Positions 37,058 to 51,835 are shown, counted from the stretch's first letter. The stretch is DNA of 64,000 nucleotides from Octopus sinensis (GCF_006345805.1 NC_043000.1:8804001-8868000); one strand, 5' to 3'. Numbers and translations are program-made. Notes: generated by a model from the sequence alone, not told the origin.

Positions 37058-39885
37058 ATCGTGGCCGTTCGCCAGCCTCATCTAGCACCTGTGTCGGTGG
37101 CACATAAAAACACCATCCGAAGACCCGGCAAGACTAGTCAGGCCATAACCCATGGCCCCTACCTGGGACGTAGTCAGTCCACCTGTGCATACCTTCCTCC
37201 TTGTGATACTTGTGAAGGCCTGTTGAGGCAAGTGAAAATCAAAATCAAATCAAAACAAATCAAAATAGATGAACATCAATGGAATTTGTATCTTTGTGGT
37301 ACCAGTGCCGGTGGCACACAAGAGAAAGCCATCCGAAAGTGGCCGTAGCCAGTACCGCATCGACTGGCCTCCGTGCTGTGGGCACATGACAAACACCATC
37401 CGATCGTGGCCGTTCACCAGCCTCATCTAACACCTGTGTCGGTGGCACATAAAAACACCATCCGAAGACCCGGCAAGACTAGTCAGGCCATAACCCATGG
37501 CCCCTACCTGGGACGTAGTCAGTCCACCTGTGCATACCTTCCTTCTTGTGACACTTGTGAAGACCTGTTGAGGCAAGTGAAAATCAAAACAAATCAAAAT
37601 AGATGAACATCAATGGAATCTGTATCTTTGTGGTACCAGTGCCGGTGGCACACACTTTGTGGTACCAGTGCCGGTGGCACACAAGAAAACCATCCGAACG
37701 TGGCCGTAGCCAGTTCCGCATCGACCGGCCTCCGTGCTGTGGGCACGTAACAAACACCATCCGATCATGGCCGTTCGCCAGCCTCATCTGGCACCTGTGT
37801 CGGTGGCACATAAAAACACCTTCCGAAGACCCGACAAGACTAGTCAGTCTACCTGTGCATACCTTCCTTCTTGTGACACTTGTGAAGACCTGTTGAGGCA
37901 AGTGAAAATCAAAAATCAAATCAAATCAAATCAAAATAGATGAACATCAATGGAATTTGTATCTTTGTGGTACCAGTGCCAGTGGCACACAAGAAATCCA
38001 TCCGTATGTGGCCGTAGTCAGTACCGCATCGACTGGCCATCGTGCTGTGGGCACATAACAAACACCATCCGATCGTGGCCGTTCGCCCGCCTCATCTAGC
38101 ACCTGTGTCGGTGGCACATAAAAACACCATCCGAAGACCCGGCAAGACTAGTCAGGCCATATCCCATGGCCCCTACCTGGGACCCGAAGACCCGGCAAGA
38201 CTAGTCAGGCCATATCCCATGGCCCCTACCTGGGACGTAGTCAGTCCACCTGTGCATACCTTCCTCCTTGTGATACTTGTGAAGGCCTGTTGAGGCAAGT
38301 GAAAATCAAAATGAAATCAAAACAAATCAAATCAAATCAAATCAAAACAAATCAAAATAGATGAACATTAATGGAATTGTATCTTTGTGGTACCAGTGCC
38401 GGTGGCACACAAGAAAACCATCCGAACGTGGCCATAGCCAGTACCGCACCGACTGGCCTCCGTGCTGTGGGCACGTAACAAACACCATCCGATCATGGCC
38501 GTTCGCCAGCCTCATCTGGCACCTGTGTCGGTGGCACATAAAAACACCTTCCGAAGACCCGACAAGACTAGTCAGTCTACCTGTGCATACCTTCCTTCTT
38601 GTGACACTTGTGAAGACCTGTTGAGGCAAGTGAAAATCAAATCAAATCAAATCAAAATAGATGAACATCAATGGAATTTGTATCTTTGTGGTACCAGTGC
38701 CGGTGGCACACAAGAAATCCATCCGAATGTGGCCGTAGTCAGTACCGCATCGACTGGCCATCGTGCTGTGGGCACATAACAAACACCATCCGATCGTGGC
38801 CGTTCGCCAGCCTCATTTAGCACCTGTGTCGGTGGCACATAAAAACACCATCCGAAGACCCGGCAAGACTAGTCAGGCCATATCCCATGGCCCCTACCTG
38901 GGACCCGAAGACCCGGCAAGACTAGTCAGGCCATATCCCATGGCCCCTACCTGGGACGTAGTCAGTCCACCTGTGCATACCTTCCTCCTTGTGATACTTG
39001 TGAAGGCCTGTTGAGGCAAGTGAAAATCAAAATGAAATCAAAACAAATCAAATCAAATCAAATCAAAACAAATCAAAATAGATGAACATTAATGGAATTG
39101 TATCTTTGTGGTACCAGTGCCGGTGGCACACAAGAAAACCATCCGAACGTGGCCATAGCCAGTACCGCACCGACTGGCCTCCGTGCTGTGGGCACGTAAC
39201 AAACACCATCCGATCGTGGCCGTTCGCCAGCCTCATCTGGCACCTGTGTCGGTGGCACATAAAAACACCATCCGAAGACTAGTCAGGCCATAACCTGTGG
39301 CCCCTACCTGGGACGTAGTCAGTCCACCTGTGCATACCTTCCTTCTTGTGACACTTGTGAAGACCTGTTGAGGCAAGTGAAAATCAAAACAAATCAAAAT
39401 AGATGAACATCAATGGAATTTGTATCTTTGTGGTACCAGTGCCGGTGGCACGTGGCACACAAGTAAACCATCCGAACGTGGCCGCAGCCAGTACCGCATC
39501 GACTGGCCTCCGTGCTGTGGGCATGTAACAAACACCATCCGATCGTGGCCGTTTGCCAGCCTCATCTGGCACCTGTGTCGGTGGCACATAAAAACACCAT
39601 CCGAGCGTGGCCGTCTGCCAGCCTCGTCTGGCACCTGTGTCGGTGGCACATAAAAAACACCATCCGAGCGTGGCCGTTTGCCAGCCTCGTCTGGCACCTG
39701 TGTCGGTGGCACATAAAATCACCCACTACACTCTCGGAGTGGTTGGCGTTAGGAAGGGCATCCAGCTGTAGAAACACTGCCAGATCTGACTGGACTGGTG
39801 CAGCTTTCGGGCTCCCCAGACCCCAGTTGAACCGTCCAACCCATGCTAGCATGGAAAGCGGACGTTAAATGATGATGATGATGAT
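37058..39885 (+). repeat. Tandem array of 300-421-bp GC-rich units with (AAATC)n linkers, ending in an RTE-like tail
   Basis: Anchor gatgaacat recurs at 37268, 37602, 37939, 38360, 38660, 39081 and 39402. It ends ...ggaagggcatccagctgtagaaac...gcatggaaagcggacgttaaa(tga)n. Confidence 0.9.
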
Positions 39886-39972
39886 ATCTATCTACATATC
39901 TATATATCTATATATCTATATATATATGTATATATATATGTATATATATATATACATGTATGTATGTGTATA

Positions 39973-40007
<35 letters not shown>

Positions 40008-40012
40008 GTATG

Positions 40013-40061
<49 letters not shown>

Positions 40062-40715
40062 TCCAAGAAAGTTAGAGGTTGTGAATCCAACCAACTAAGG
40101 GATAATATCTATCCAATATACTGCTCGTAGAATACCCAATTATTAATACACAGGTGTTTTTTATTGCATTGAAATTACATTACCGAGTGAACTAAATGGG
40201 TGAGGGTAAAGCGATATTTTACTATTAATTTATAGAGCAATAAGAAAATGGAGGGGATCAATATGTGGTTCATCAACTTTTAGACGTTATATTATGTCAA
40301 TTTATTTATTTATTTACTAAAATGACAATTACAAGAATATACATACATGTATAACATATTCTGCTTTACGCATAAAATACATTAATATATAAAGATACCA
40401 GTAATTATTAAAATATAACACAGGAATATAAATTGGGAAAATATCTTACATTCTACCTTTATTCCTCCGGTAGACTGAAGTAATTAGATGAAATTGAGGT
40501 ACTTGGGTGTTTCTCTAGGCTTCGTCAGAGATTTTAGAAAGTATATAAGGTTGAATTATAAATATAAATAAGTATAAATATAAATAAATACACATACAAT
40601 TACATACTTATATATATACATATACATATGCATACATATATAAATATACATAAACACATATACCCACACTTAAATGTACATGCATATTTACATTTATAAG
40701 CATACACAATAATGA

Positions 40716-40749
<34 letters not shown>

Positions 40750-41592
40750 GATGCATTATATTATTCATATTAGATAAAATATAAACAGAGTAATGAGAAA
40801 GTTATAAGAAGAGTAATATCGTAATTTATAAAATCAATATATTTTAAAGTTATTTCAGTTATGTAAGAACGAAACTGCATACACACGAGGAACATATGTA
40901 CACACACACACACACACACAGAATGAGCACAAAAAGACACAGAAAATTCAACAGGCTTCCGGTTCAGCGTTCGTTTCCGCCAATCCGATGCTTTGATTGG
41001 GTATTTTTTTTTTTTTTATTTTCTATATCGACGTCGGAAAAATTAGAGGTTAAAGTTGACCTCGGTAGATTTTGAACTCCGAGCGCAGAGAACCTGAAAA
41101 AATACTGCAATGCATTCTATCCAACGATCTAATGATTCTGCCAACTCACCTAGTACCACTGGGGGTGGGTACCACCTTGAAGAGGCTTAGTCGTGCAAAT
41201 CGACCCTAGGACATATTGTTAAGCCTGGTACTCATTCTATCGCCCCTTCTTATGGCGAATCACTCAGTAACGGGGATGTAAACAAACCAGCACTGTTCGT
41301 CAAGCGGAGAGGGTACAAAACAGACGTAAAGGCACACGCACGCGCACACGTAAACGATAGACTTCACACTGTTCCCATTAATCAAATTTATCTCTTACAT
41401 TTATCTCTTACAAGGCATTGGTCTGACGCATTAGTACAAGATACGCTCTCGAAGTGCCCAAAGTGGGACTGGACCTAAAATCACGTGACCTAACAGCCAT
41501 ACTTGAAGTCATATAATTTAATATTCATATTTTCCTGCTCGGTTACAATAGATAGGAAACACAAGATGTGATCGTAAGATTACACCCACACA

Positions 41593-41642
<50 letters not shown>

Positions 41643-41832
41643 CGACAGGCTTTTATCCGTTTGCGTCTACCAAATCCATTCACGAGGCTTTGGTCGGCCC
41701 GAGGATATAGTAGAAGACACTTGCCCAATGTACTACGCAGTGGGACTGAACCCTGAAGTATGTAGTTGGGAAGCAAGCTTCTTACTACACAGCCGCACCA
41801 TATATATGCGTGTGTGTGTGTGTGTGTGCATG

Positions 41833-41871
<39 letters not shown>

Positions 41872-42253
41872 TGTGTGTGTGTGCAGAAAAAAAATTAAAG
41901 ACAAAGATATTAGATCAAAATCAAGAAGGAAAAACAAAAATAATAAAAGTAAGTTACGAAGCAAAGATACAAAGGAGCAAATAAATCTAAATCTTATTTT
42001 CCTTTACATCATTTAGTAGTGAATCAGTTGACAGGAGGTATGTTTTGCAATATGATCCAATAGCTCCTTTATCCGGTTTAGTCTCGTTTCCGTTCCGCTT
42101 TAATACGTACAAACATTCACACGTCGACATCCAGGGAGAAAGATGAAAGATTTAGATAGACTGATAACATGTTTAACACATTTTTTCAGCATATACAGAT
42201 ATATAAATATATTTCACTCTCTTTTCTTCCCTATACCTTTGCATAATACTTAC

Positions 42254-42388
<135 letters not shown>

Positions 42389-42402
42389 ATATATATATTA
42401 TA

Positions 42403-42464
<62 letters not shown>

Positions 42465-42651
42465 GTATATATATAGTATATATATATGTGTGTGTGTGTG
42501 TATGTGTGTGTGTATGTATATATATATGTAAAATTCCAGTCTGTTTTTTCAATACTTACGGAACAAAAATACACTATAGGAAAACTTACCGATGTTACAA
42601 AAATATAATTTTGCAGCATCTACCACTACTTATCAATATTAATATAGTAAC

Positions 42652-42867
42652 CTTTTCTACTAAAGGCGCAAAACCTGAAGTCTGAGGGTCCACCCTCAGA
42701 TACTTGATTGCATCGATCCCAATGCTCAACTTGTACTTATTTTATTGACCCCGAAAGGATGAAAAGCAAAGTCGACCCCGGCGGAATTTACACTCCGAAC
42801 ATGAAGACACAACATTCTGCTAAGCATTTTGCCCGGCGTGCTAATTGTTCCTCCAGTTCGCCGCCTT
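42652..42867 (-). mobile_element. SINE A
   Basis: Reverse-complement family A. A further degenerate copy lies at 41020-41151. Confidence 0.8.
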
Positions 42868-43539
42868 AAATAATAATGATAATAAAAATAATAATGTTGA
42901 TGATGATGATGATGATGATAAATTAATAAGTAGACAAAATGAGCAACATGAGGTCATAAGCAGATAAACTCAGGAATAAAACCCTAATAATATTTAACTA
43001 ACTGAACCCAAAAACATCATTTGCAGTAACTACAAAATGGTTACTTTTAGGTAGTATTAAATTTTCATATCAATAAATTCTAATCAAGGATTCAACCGAT
43101 CCCAAATCCGACCACTTATTATATATACATCAAATATAGCTATCAATTTACTAATCGAATTTTAGCCATTTACTATAACGAAATCTCATTCAAAAGATTA
43201 GAAACAATGTCTTAGGCCTGCAGTAGTTCTAACGAAAATACAAATATCATAGATAAACTCAGGTTACTTAAAGATAAACATCAAATAAATATTAGATATA
43301 ACCTAGCGCAATGGTTTAATTTTAGTTCCCCAATTGAAAACTCATTGTCATACTTTACTGCCACATCTATCAGTTTTATATATATATATTTTACCATATA
43401 TCAGTTTACACACACACACACAAAGAGAGAGAGAGAGAGACGCCTGGTTTAGTGGTTAGTGGTTAGTGTGTTGGACTCATGATCGTAAGAGTGTGGTTTC
43501 AATTTCTCAATTAATCGCCACAGTTACACCTACTGGTGA

Positions 43540-44137
43540 CCTAATAATCCGTACCTTATGGAGGAACATCATGTTGATTTATCAGGATTCACAGTGGGAT
43601 TGATCGAACCATTCTTTTCTAACGGTACCAGTGCCAACTACTTAAACTTGATGCGACAATCTGTCAGACCAAGCTTTCGAGAAGCCTTTGATGATGCAGG
43701 CGTTCATTTCTTCCACACAGTCATAATAATGTAAGGGCCTATTTTGATGAAATTCTGCCAACCAGGTGAATTAGATGAAACTGTTCTGTAGAATACCCTC
43801 CGCATTCACCGAACCTCACCTTAGAAGCTATATTTTTTACAGTAATATTTAAAAGATAAAGTTTACGGTACAAAACCGACAACAGTCAATAAATTGGAGT
43901 CAGCCATAGAAGGAGGATACATATAAATACTGGGCGTGTTTCTCTTGATGGTCACAAGTCCTCTCCTTCGCGTCAGCAGCAGTGTCTGGGCTACAAAGAT
44001 AATGTATTTGAAAACAAGTGTTCATAAAATATTAAATTTTGTCAGTATATTTTATTAAATTTTGAAAATGAAATATATTTTAATAAATAATATATTTATT
44101 ATCATTCAATTTCAGCAAATTTTTTGATGACATCCTG
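43540..44137 (+). mobile_element. Degraded 3' part of a Tc1/mariner element
   Basis: EYPPHSPNLT and LKDKVYGTKPTTVNKLESAIE resemble the WPPRSPDL-type C-terminus. It ends in a TIR-like ttttttgatgacatcctg-ta. Confidence 0.65.
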
Positions 44138-44741
44138 TATCTTTATGTGTCTATAATATAATACTAACAAGAGAACCAGGAAAGAAAATGAAAACAGTGA
44201 ACCTGAAGTAGCCCTTTTCTCACATGTCGTTCAAAAATTGGTTTTCAATAAGAAGAACATAAAATAAGCGTTTTCTTCAAACTTCCATTTTATATTTCAA
44301 AACCAATTCAGACAATGGACATTTCTAAAGAAAACTTCGCATGACCCGTCCTTGTTTTTTTTCATGTCCCTGTTTGCACTGTCTGGATGTTTTGCTGTTG
44401 CCTGTTGCGTTCTTGTTCCATTGTTTGTATTCTTGATATATATATATACATGTGTGTATGTATATGTTAATGCAATTGAAACAATTGTTAGGTTTTTAAG
44501 GTGTGGTCTAAATATATTTTTGTACATATTACCGGTTGTTGTTAAATACTTTGAAATTCTTAAAATTCTACAAATGGATTGTTGGATTTACCTGCCGTGC
44601 ATGAGAATTTACTTGAGATTTGTATTTTGATTACATTTACTGGTATTTGATTGTTGGAAATTTAAACTTATTCCTTTATAATTAGTGCTTGCTTGTTGCT
44701 TGGATTTTAAATCCCATTTTTTCTTTAAATATATATATGTG

Positions 44742-44777
<36 letters not shown>

Positions 44778-44790
44778 GTGTGTGTGTGTG

Positions 44791-44830
<40 letters not shown>

Positions 44831-44834
<4 letters not shown>

Positions 44835-46101
44835 GTTGGCAACTAAGTTCCCGCTGTTTTGTAAATTTAAATTTTTTAAAAGGTTTAATAAAAAATAACA
44901 ACTAATTAATCAATAATATATTCACCCTTGTTGTTTACAACATCTTCCCAACGTTCAACGAGATTTTCAATACCTCGTTGGTAGAAATCACCCGATTTCA
45001 ACTCGAAAAATTGATCCAACCAAGCTCTCAATTCTGTATCAGTATTGAACGAAACTCCGCGCATAGCATTTGAAAGTGATCGAAAGAGGTGGAAATCCGC
45101 TGGTGCCAAATCAGGAGAGAACGGCGGGTGTGGCAGCACTTCCCAGCAATGCGTTTGGATGGCTCCCTTGGTCATATTGGCAATATGAGGGCAGGCGTTA
45201 TTGTGCAGCAGAACTCCATGCTGACGATTAAGTCTTTTCTCCTGAATAGCCGCGTTGAGTCGATCCATCTGTTGAACATAGAGTTCCGCGTTGACCGTTT
45301 GGTTCCGTTCAAGTAATTCGTAATGGATAATCCCTTCCCTGTCCCACCATATGCACAACATCGTTTTACGCGGATGAAAATCTTGTTTTACGCACAGTGT
45401 CGCTTGTTTACCGGGGCTAAGCCATTCCTTACGCTGTTTCATATTGATGTACAGGCACCATTTTCGGCACCAGTAACGATTCGGTAAAGAAATCGTTTCT
45501 TGTGTCCATGAGTTGAGCGGTGACGAGCAAGCAAACCAGCGGAGATTGTGGCTCGTTGATTTTTGTTGATGACACTTAAAGCATGCGGAACCCATGCTCC
45601 ATACTTCTGAACCTTTCCCATCGAGTGAAGATGCTTCTCTATAGTAGTGTGGGAGCATTCCATCTTTTTCTGCCTGCTCCCTTGTTGTTTGACGAGAATT
45701 TTCATGCAAAAGTTGGTTTAATCGCTCTTCATGGAGCTCAACTGGACGGCCAGAATGAGTGCGTCTTTGAGGTCAAAATTTTCATCACGTGCGGTTCTTT
45801 CAGCTATGGCACTCTCTCCATACACAGCACAAATGTCGCGAGCAGCTTTTGCGGCCTTAGAACCTTGATTAAAAGCAAACAAAAGAAGGAGGTGTCGAAA
45901 ATGCTCGTTTTTCTTTACTTGACATTCCATTTCAATGATCTGAAAATAAACAAAAATTAAATAAAATTAACTAGAAAAATGACAAAATAGATTCCAAAAT
46001 GATTCAAAAATAGAATTCTAGAAAATATAGATTCCAAAATTTAAAAACGCAATAAATTCCAAAATTTAAAAAGAACGGCGGGAAATTAGTTGCCAACCCA
46101 A
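44831..46101 (-). mobile_element. Near full-length mariner (DD34D) element
   Basis: TIRs ttaggttggcaactaa and ttagttgccaacccaa with TA flanks, about 1.27 kb. Confidence 0.92.
44906..45930 (-). pseudogene. Frameshifted mariner transposase
   Basis: MECQVKKNEHFRHLLL..FNQG, WVPHALS, K.MLCIWWD..GIIHYELL and HPPFSPDLAPADFHLF are split across frames. Confidence 0.9.
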
Positions 46102-46399
46102 TATATAGCTATGAGTGTGTCTTTGAGTATGTGTTTGTCTCCCACCACTACCACTACCACTTTACTAGCAGTGTAGGTCAGTTTACGTCCCCGTAACTTA
46201 GCGGTTCGGCAAAAGAAAACATTAGAAAAAGTACCAGACTTTAAAAAAATAAAAGTACCATGTTCGACCTGTTCGATTAAACCAGTCAAGGCGGTGCCAC
46301 AACATGGCTGCAGTTCAATAGCTGAAACAAACTAAAAATAAAATATATATGCATAGAACACACATACACATACATACCATGCATACATACATATATACA

Positions 46400-46480
<81 letters not shown>

Positions 46481-46889
46481 CATACTATCTATATATTACA
46501 TATACATATATAATATAAATATGACCGCGTGTGTACCGTTGGCGAAGGATATTTTTCCTCTGTCTTCCCTCTCTGGATCTTTCCTTCTCCTATGTTGCCG
46601 ACGAAGAGCTCCGCGCGAACGTTAAAAACCCTCCCTTCTTTCCTTCTTTCCTACGTCCATAATACTATATTTGTTCCCACGTCCTCGCGTTGTTGTGTTT
46701 TTTTTGTGCTTTCTGTTTGGATTACTTTATATCTATATTATATATTATATATATATATATTTATATATATATTATGTATGTATATGTATATCTATATGTA
46801 TATTTAATATGTATATCTATATATTTAAATATGTATATCTATGGTATATATGTATGTATCTATATCTAATCTATTGTCTATCTATCTAT

Positions 46890-46926
<37 letters not shown>

Positions 46927-46927
46927 T

Positions 46928-47390
46928 GAATGTTTTAAAAAAAAGATGGGTGAATGTAGCAAGATGGCACGTAGATGACGAAGCACCTTGAGCATAGTCC
47001 TATGACCCAGAAATCGAAAACAGAGAGTTGCTTATTTGCAAAAAAAAAAAAAAAAAAAAGAAATATAAATGTGACTTCATTGACCGAGGTACCGTGTCTT
47101 TTCCGTAGGCTTTCTTTCCACGGGTAAACCTCACTGTCCTCCCCTTTACACTTCATATTGACATTTCCTGTGATAACGATCCCTATTGATCTTTTGTTTC
47201 CTCTCCCCCTTTTTTTTTTTTTTTTTTTTTAACCCCCCCCTTTTTTTGTCCTTTCCTCTCCTTTTACGATCCCTTTTGATCGAAACTCCCCCTTCCTTTT
47301 TGTTTTTTTTTTTTTTTTTTTAAACCTCAAAAGAAGCTCTACCTTGTAATTTGTTCTATCTGTGTGCAGCCCTATGTGGCTAATAGAAAC
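46928..47390 (+). mobile_element. 5'-truncated copy of the same Tx1 LINE (3' UTR)
   Basis: Reverse complement of about 9544-9985, with (CTAT)n on both sides. Confidence 0.85.
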
Positions 47391-47391
47391 A

Positions 47392-47450
<59 letters not shown>

Positions 47451-48889
47451 CATATCCCATTTCATTGTGAAGTGAAATTCGTAAACAGACAGGCATGCTT
47501 ACGTCTGCTTCTTGGAGCTCTTAATAATCTACAACGATCAACCATTCATACAATTCCCGCTTTTCATGCGATATGTAGATAGGCGCGTTTACCATTTATC
47601 CTGACACGCTGCAATTTTCTCTTAAAAGTTAAACCTGTCAATGCCAGAAGAAATTCCTGGATACCGTTTATTCTGTTTGCATTCATTCTTTCTTACTAAC
47701 TCTTCTTCTTTTTTGCATTCTTTCTTTTCTTCAAAACGATATGGAAAATAATATAATCTTTAAAATGTTTCTACATCCTGGATTCAATTTTTTTTTATCC
47801 TTTCCCTCGTTTTATAATTTTGGTTTCTTGAAGCTATTTTCAATGGAATGAAGATATTCATAGGAAAATGAAATATAAAATTTGAATAGTATTTTTGAAT
47901 TCTTCTACTATATAATCTCTACTTATATTGCATGAGATGTAGAGCCTTCTATTATATGCTATGCAGAACCTCATTTCTCTTTTAATATACTATCTGCAAC
48001 ATAGAGAGAATCGCTTGTATAGTAAATATAAGTTTTATTATAATGTGTTGTGTTGTGTGTGTGTGTGTGTTGTGTGTGTTGTATGTAGTATGTACTATAT
48101 ATATGTATATATAAGTATATGTATATATATATAATATATATATATATATTAAATAATATATATATGATATACATATACTTATATTACATACATACATATA
48201 GTTGAAATATATTTGTGACAAATTTCAATTGCTAAAGGCAATCAAATTCACTGTAGATATTGCGGAGAAAAAGTTCTCTCTTACAGAAAAAAAATATAAA
48301 ACACCTTGTCTATCCAGTGCTGCCCCCTATCAGATTCTCAGACATCGATGTTTCTAACTCTTCAGCTGTTGTCAATGCGAAATACCGAAGAGAGGCAACT
48401 TTGAACAGACTTACACATTTTAAGCGTATGAGAGAATTTATTTCTCCACGGTAACTGCAATAAATTTGCCTTTGGCAGTTGAAATATGTCATAAATATAT
48501 TTTAACTAACCTAAAGTTCCCTTTTGACTAAACACTACTTAACACTGATACTGTTATCATTTCTTACGTCCTAGCGGTCTAATGGCGCACTCCAATCAAT
48601 GTGTGTTATTTAATGCTACAGCAATGATTGTGTCCAAAGTTGCCACTTTTCGGTATTTCCCATTGATGCCGACTAAAAAGATAGAAACATTGATTTCTAA
48701 GAATCCAACAGTGGAAAGCATTGGACAGATATGGTTTTTTACACCTTTTTACCATAAGAGAGAATTTTTTTCTCGTCGATAATTGCAGTAGATTTGCTTT
48801 AGCAGTTGAAATACGCCACAAACATATTTTGACTAACTTAAAGTTTGCTTATGCCCAAACACTGTTCGAGCTGATACTAATGTAATATA

Positions 48890-48921
<32 letters not shown>

Positions 48922-50577
48922 CTGACGATAAACATAAGATAATTCATTCACCTATTTGTATATATATGTGTGTGTGTGTGTGTGTGTTTGTGTATATGTG
49001 AGTGTATCTGTGAGTGTGTATTTATTGATTATTCATTTTTATACTTTTTGTGATCTAGTCATAGTTTTATAAAAATATATAGTATTTTTTATTTATGTTT
49101 TGGTTTATTCTATCATGTTTTGAGTTGCATATAGTGGTTTTTCTTTAATTCATATATATATATATATATCTTATATATATATATATATGTATGTATATAC
49201 ATATATTTGTATATTTGTGTCTGTGCGTGTTATGCTTGCGCGTGTGTGCATGTGAGTGTGTATTTATATGTATATATATATTATATTATATATATATATG
49301 CATATATTTGCATATTTGTGTATGTGTGTGTGTTATGTTAGCGTGTGTGTATGTGCATGTGCGTGCGCGTGTGTGTATGTGTGTGTGCGTGTGTATATTA
49401 TAGCAGTGTCAGCGTCAAGCTGTGAGACGACCGGCGAAACTTCGAAGTCACTGTCAATGTCATTATTCAAAAGATCTGCTGTGGATTGTCTGCGTGGTTA
49501 ATGATCACTGTTTTCGTGTTAATAAAATCTTACTAAAACTATGTGTGTGTGTGTGTACGTGCACGTATGTTTGCATATGTGTATGTATAGTCAGTCAATC
49601 AAGCACCCGTATTGGTGTGTGTGTCATGTGTAGAAACATAGGTAAATAGATGAATAACAAACTGGTAGATAAGTGTTAAGAGAGATGACCGACTATTAAT
49701 AAAGTCTCCTATCTTATTTAGTGACAGTGAATAATGACAAAGTCCACGCAATCTGTTTTCAGAAAGTTTTGATACTTACATATTGCATCATTCTTACAAT
49801 CATTAGTCAGAAGTAGCTTAGGTGAATAAAGAAGATATCGAATTATTGCTTAATGATTCAGATCGCTGTTGTAGTGCTCTAATGTATTTATTATTTTGTC
49901 TTTGGTCAGTGTGTGTTATTTCTTATTTGCTCTTATCTAGAAATCAAAGGAAATGACTACTATTCCCTTCAGACTGCCTTTATGACCTCGATTTCGAACT
50001 GACTTAATTTCAGACAGATTCAGCTCTGAGTTGCAGAAGTAGAAATATCGTTAATATTCTGCTCAATAGCCTAAATTTGCTTACAGTTGCTTGACCTTAA
50101 ACACTTGAGCATGTCCCTTAGTGACTGACTCTGATCATGGGCATGAGTAGTGGGGAAGCATCATAGCCATGTGTTCAGAGGGATTCTTTGGCGTTTCACT
50201 GAATGTAACAAAAGCAAAGTTTGAAGGAAATATTAGCCAACTTTTATACTTTATAGGGATAAGCAAATAGGAAATCGCAATTGTTACCCAAGGATTAAAA
50301 TCGTGTTACACAGTGTTATTAATATTTAGATCTCATTGGTTCAATATTATTATTTGGACATAAGTTCAATGCACAAGTAAAAATTACTATATCATACTAA
50401 AGCATGATTGTATAAATAAGTGCATACGAAGATAGTTTCTCTAAATGGTTCTGTAAAGACTTACAAGTAAACTTTGCTAAGTGCCTCGAGAAGTCAACGG
50501 GAGCCCATTAAATACTCAAAATAAGGTCAGAATGATCGATGATCTCATTTAAGATCTCATTGCTGATTAGAAATCGC

Positions 50578-50629
<52 letters not shown>

Positions 50630-51551
50630 ATGGTGGTGGTGGTGGTGGTGGTGGTGGTGGTGGTGGTAGTAGTAGTAGCAGCAGCAGTAGCAGCAGTAGC
50701 AGTAGTAGTAGTAGTAGTAGTAGTAATTATAATTGTTGCTGTTGCTGTTGTAGATTGTCTCAGACCACATTTGGTGAAGCAGATATATGAGGGAATCGCT
50801 CCAACTGTGATCAAATTATCTCATTTCTAGACAATTTATCCATGACATCCAATGAATTCAGGTCTTAGTTGTGAGGAAGGGATTCGGCCGCTATTTCTAG
50901 CTGCTGAAGCAACCACCAAGAGGTTTTACTCGTTGACTCGTAACAAGCTGTATTCGTTACTTTTTAGCTCTTGGACGGCCACTGGTCAGCACTTGGTCAT
51001 TGAACAAAACCAGTTTATCTAGTATAAACATCCAGAACCAGAAACACTTTTCTAACGATCACAAATAAAACTGACATTAAACGTAGAAGTTCTTTTATTA
51101 ATGAATAAATTAAGTTTTAAACTTCAGAAAAATATTTGTAATTTCGTTACAAAAGCAGGAAGTTTTTATGCAGAAGTTTGAATAATTGTAATTTTCAGTA
51201 GAAATAATTAGATACGAACAGAAAAGAAAAAAAATATTAATATTTATATTGTTAATAATGTATTTTTGTATTGATCTGTTGTTCGATGGGGGTCGAGAGT
51301 TTCTTTTTGTCATGTTTTCCCGTTTCTTTTCATTTAAATGAATAAAATTTGTTTCTGAATTTTGCCTCTAACTATTTCCTGTAATTATGAAGTTGGTTCC
51401 TAGTCTGTTTTTGATGAATCGTTTCTTAAACAATGCGCGCTCACACACAGCCGTATGCACTCGTATGTAGTTGGGAAATAAATAGAGAGAGGAAAAGTTT
51501 ATAATTATATATATATATATATATATATACAACATATATACATACATACAT

Positions 51552-51598
<47 letters not shown>

Positions 51599-51607
51599 TA
51601 CATACAT

Positions 51608-51666
<59 letters not shown>

Positions 51667-51835
51667 GCATAACATAAACATATATACATACATTCATAAG
51701 TGCATATTTTAAGTATGCGCATATATATGTTTGTATGCATGTGTGTATGTATACGTATATGTATGTATCTATACATGTAAATGCATGAATATATGTCTGT
51801 GCTCATGTGATATACACGCGCACACACACAAACAC

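Noticed and set aside
37058-39720. CRISPR-like look of the repeat-plus-variable-spacer array
   Set aside because: The context is eukaryotic, the spacers are themselves repeated, units are 300-421 bp, and there are no cas genes.
39700-39780. Possible HDV-like ribozyme near the RTE-like motif
   Set aside because: The cac-tctcgga-gtg hairpin is present, but I could not find a P1 partner or the nested double pseudoknot.
40498-40530. CTGACGA..GAAAC..GTA on the minus strand
   Set aside because: Stem II is too short and stem I is unpaired.
46598-46626. CCGACGAA-GAGC..GC-GAAC-GTT relic in a PLE-like short repeat
   Set aside because: It has several core substitutions. It is probably a dead relative but cannot be supported as a ribozyme.
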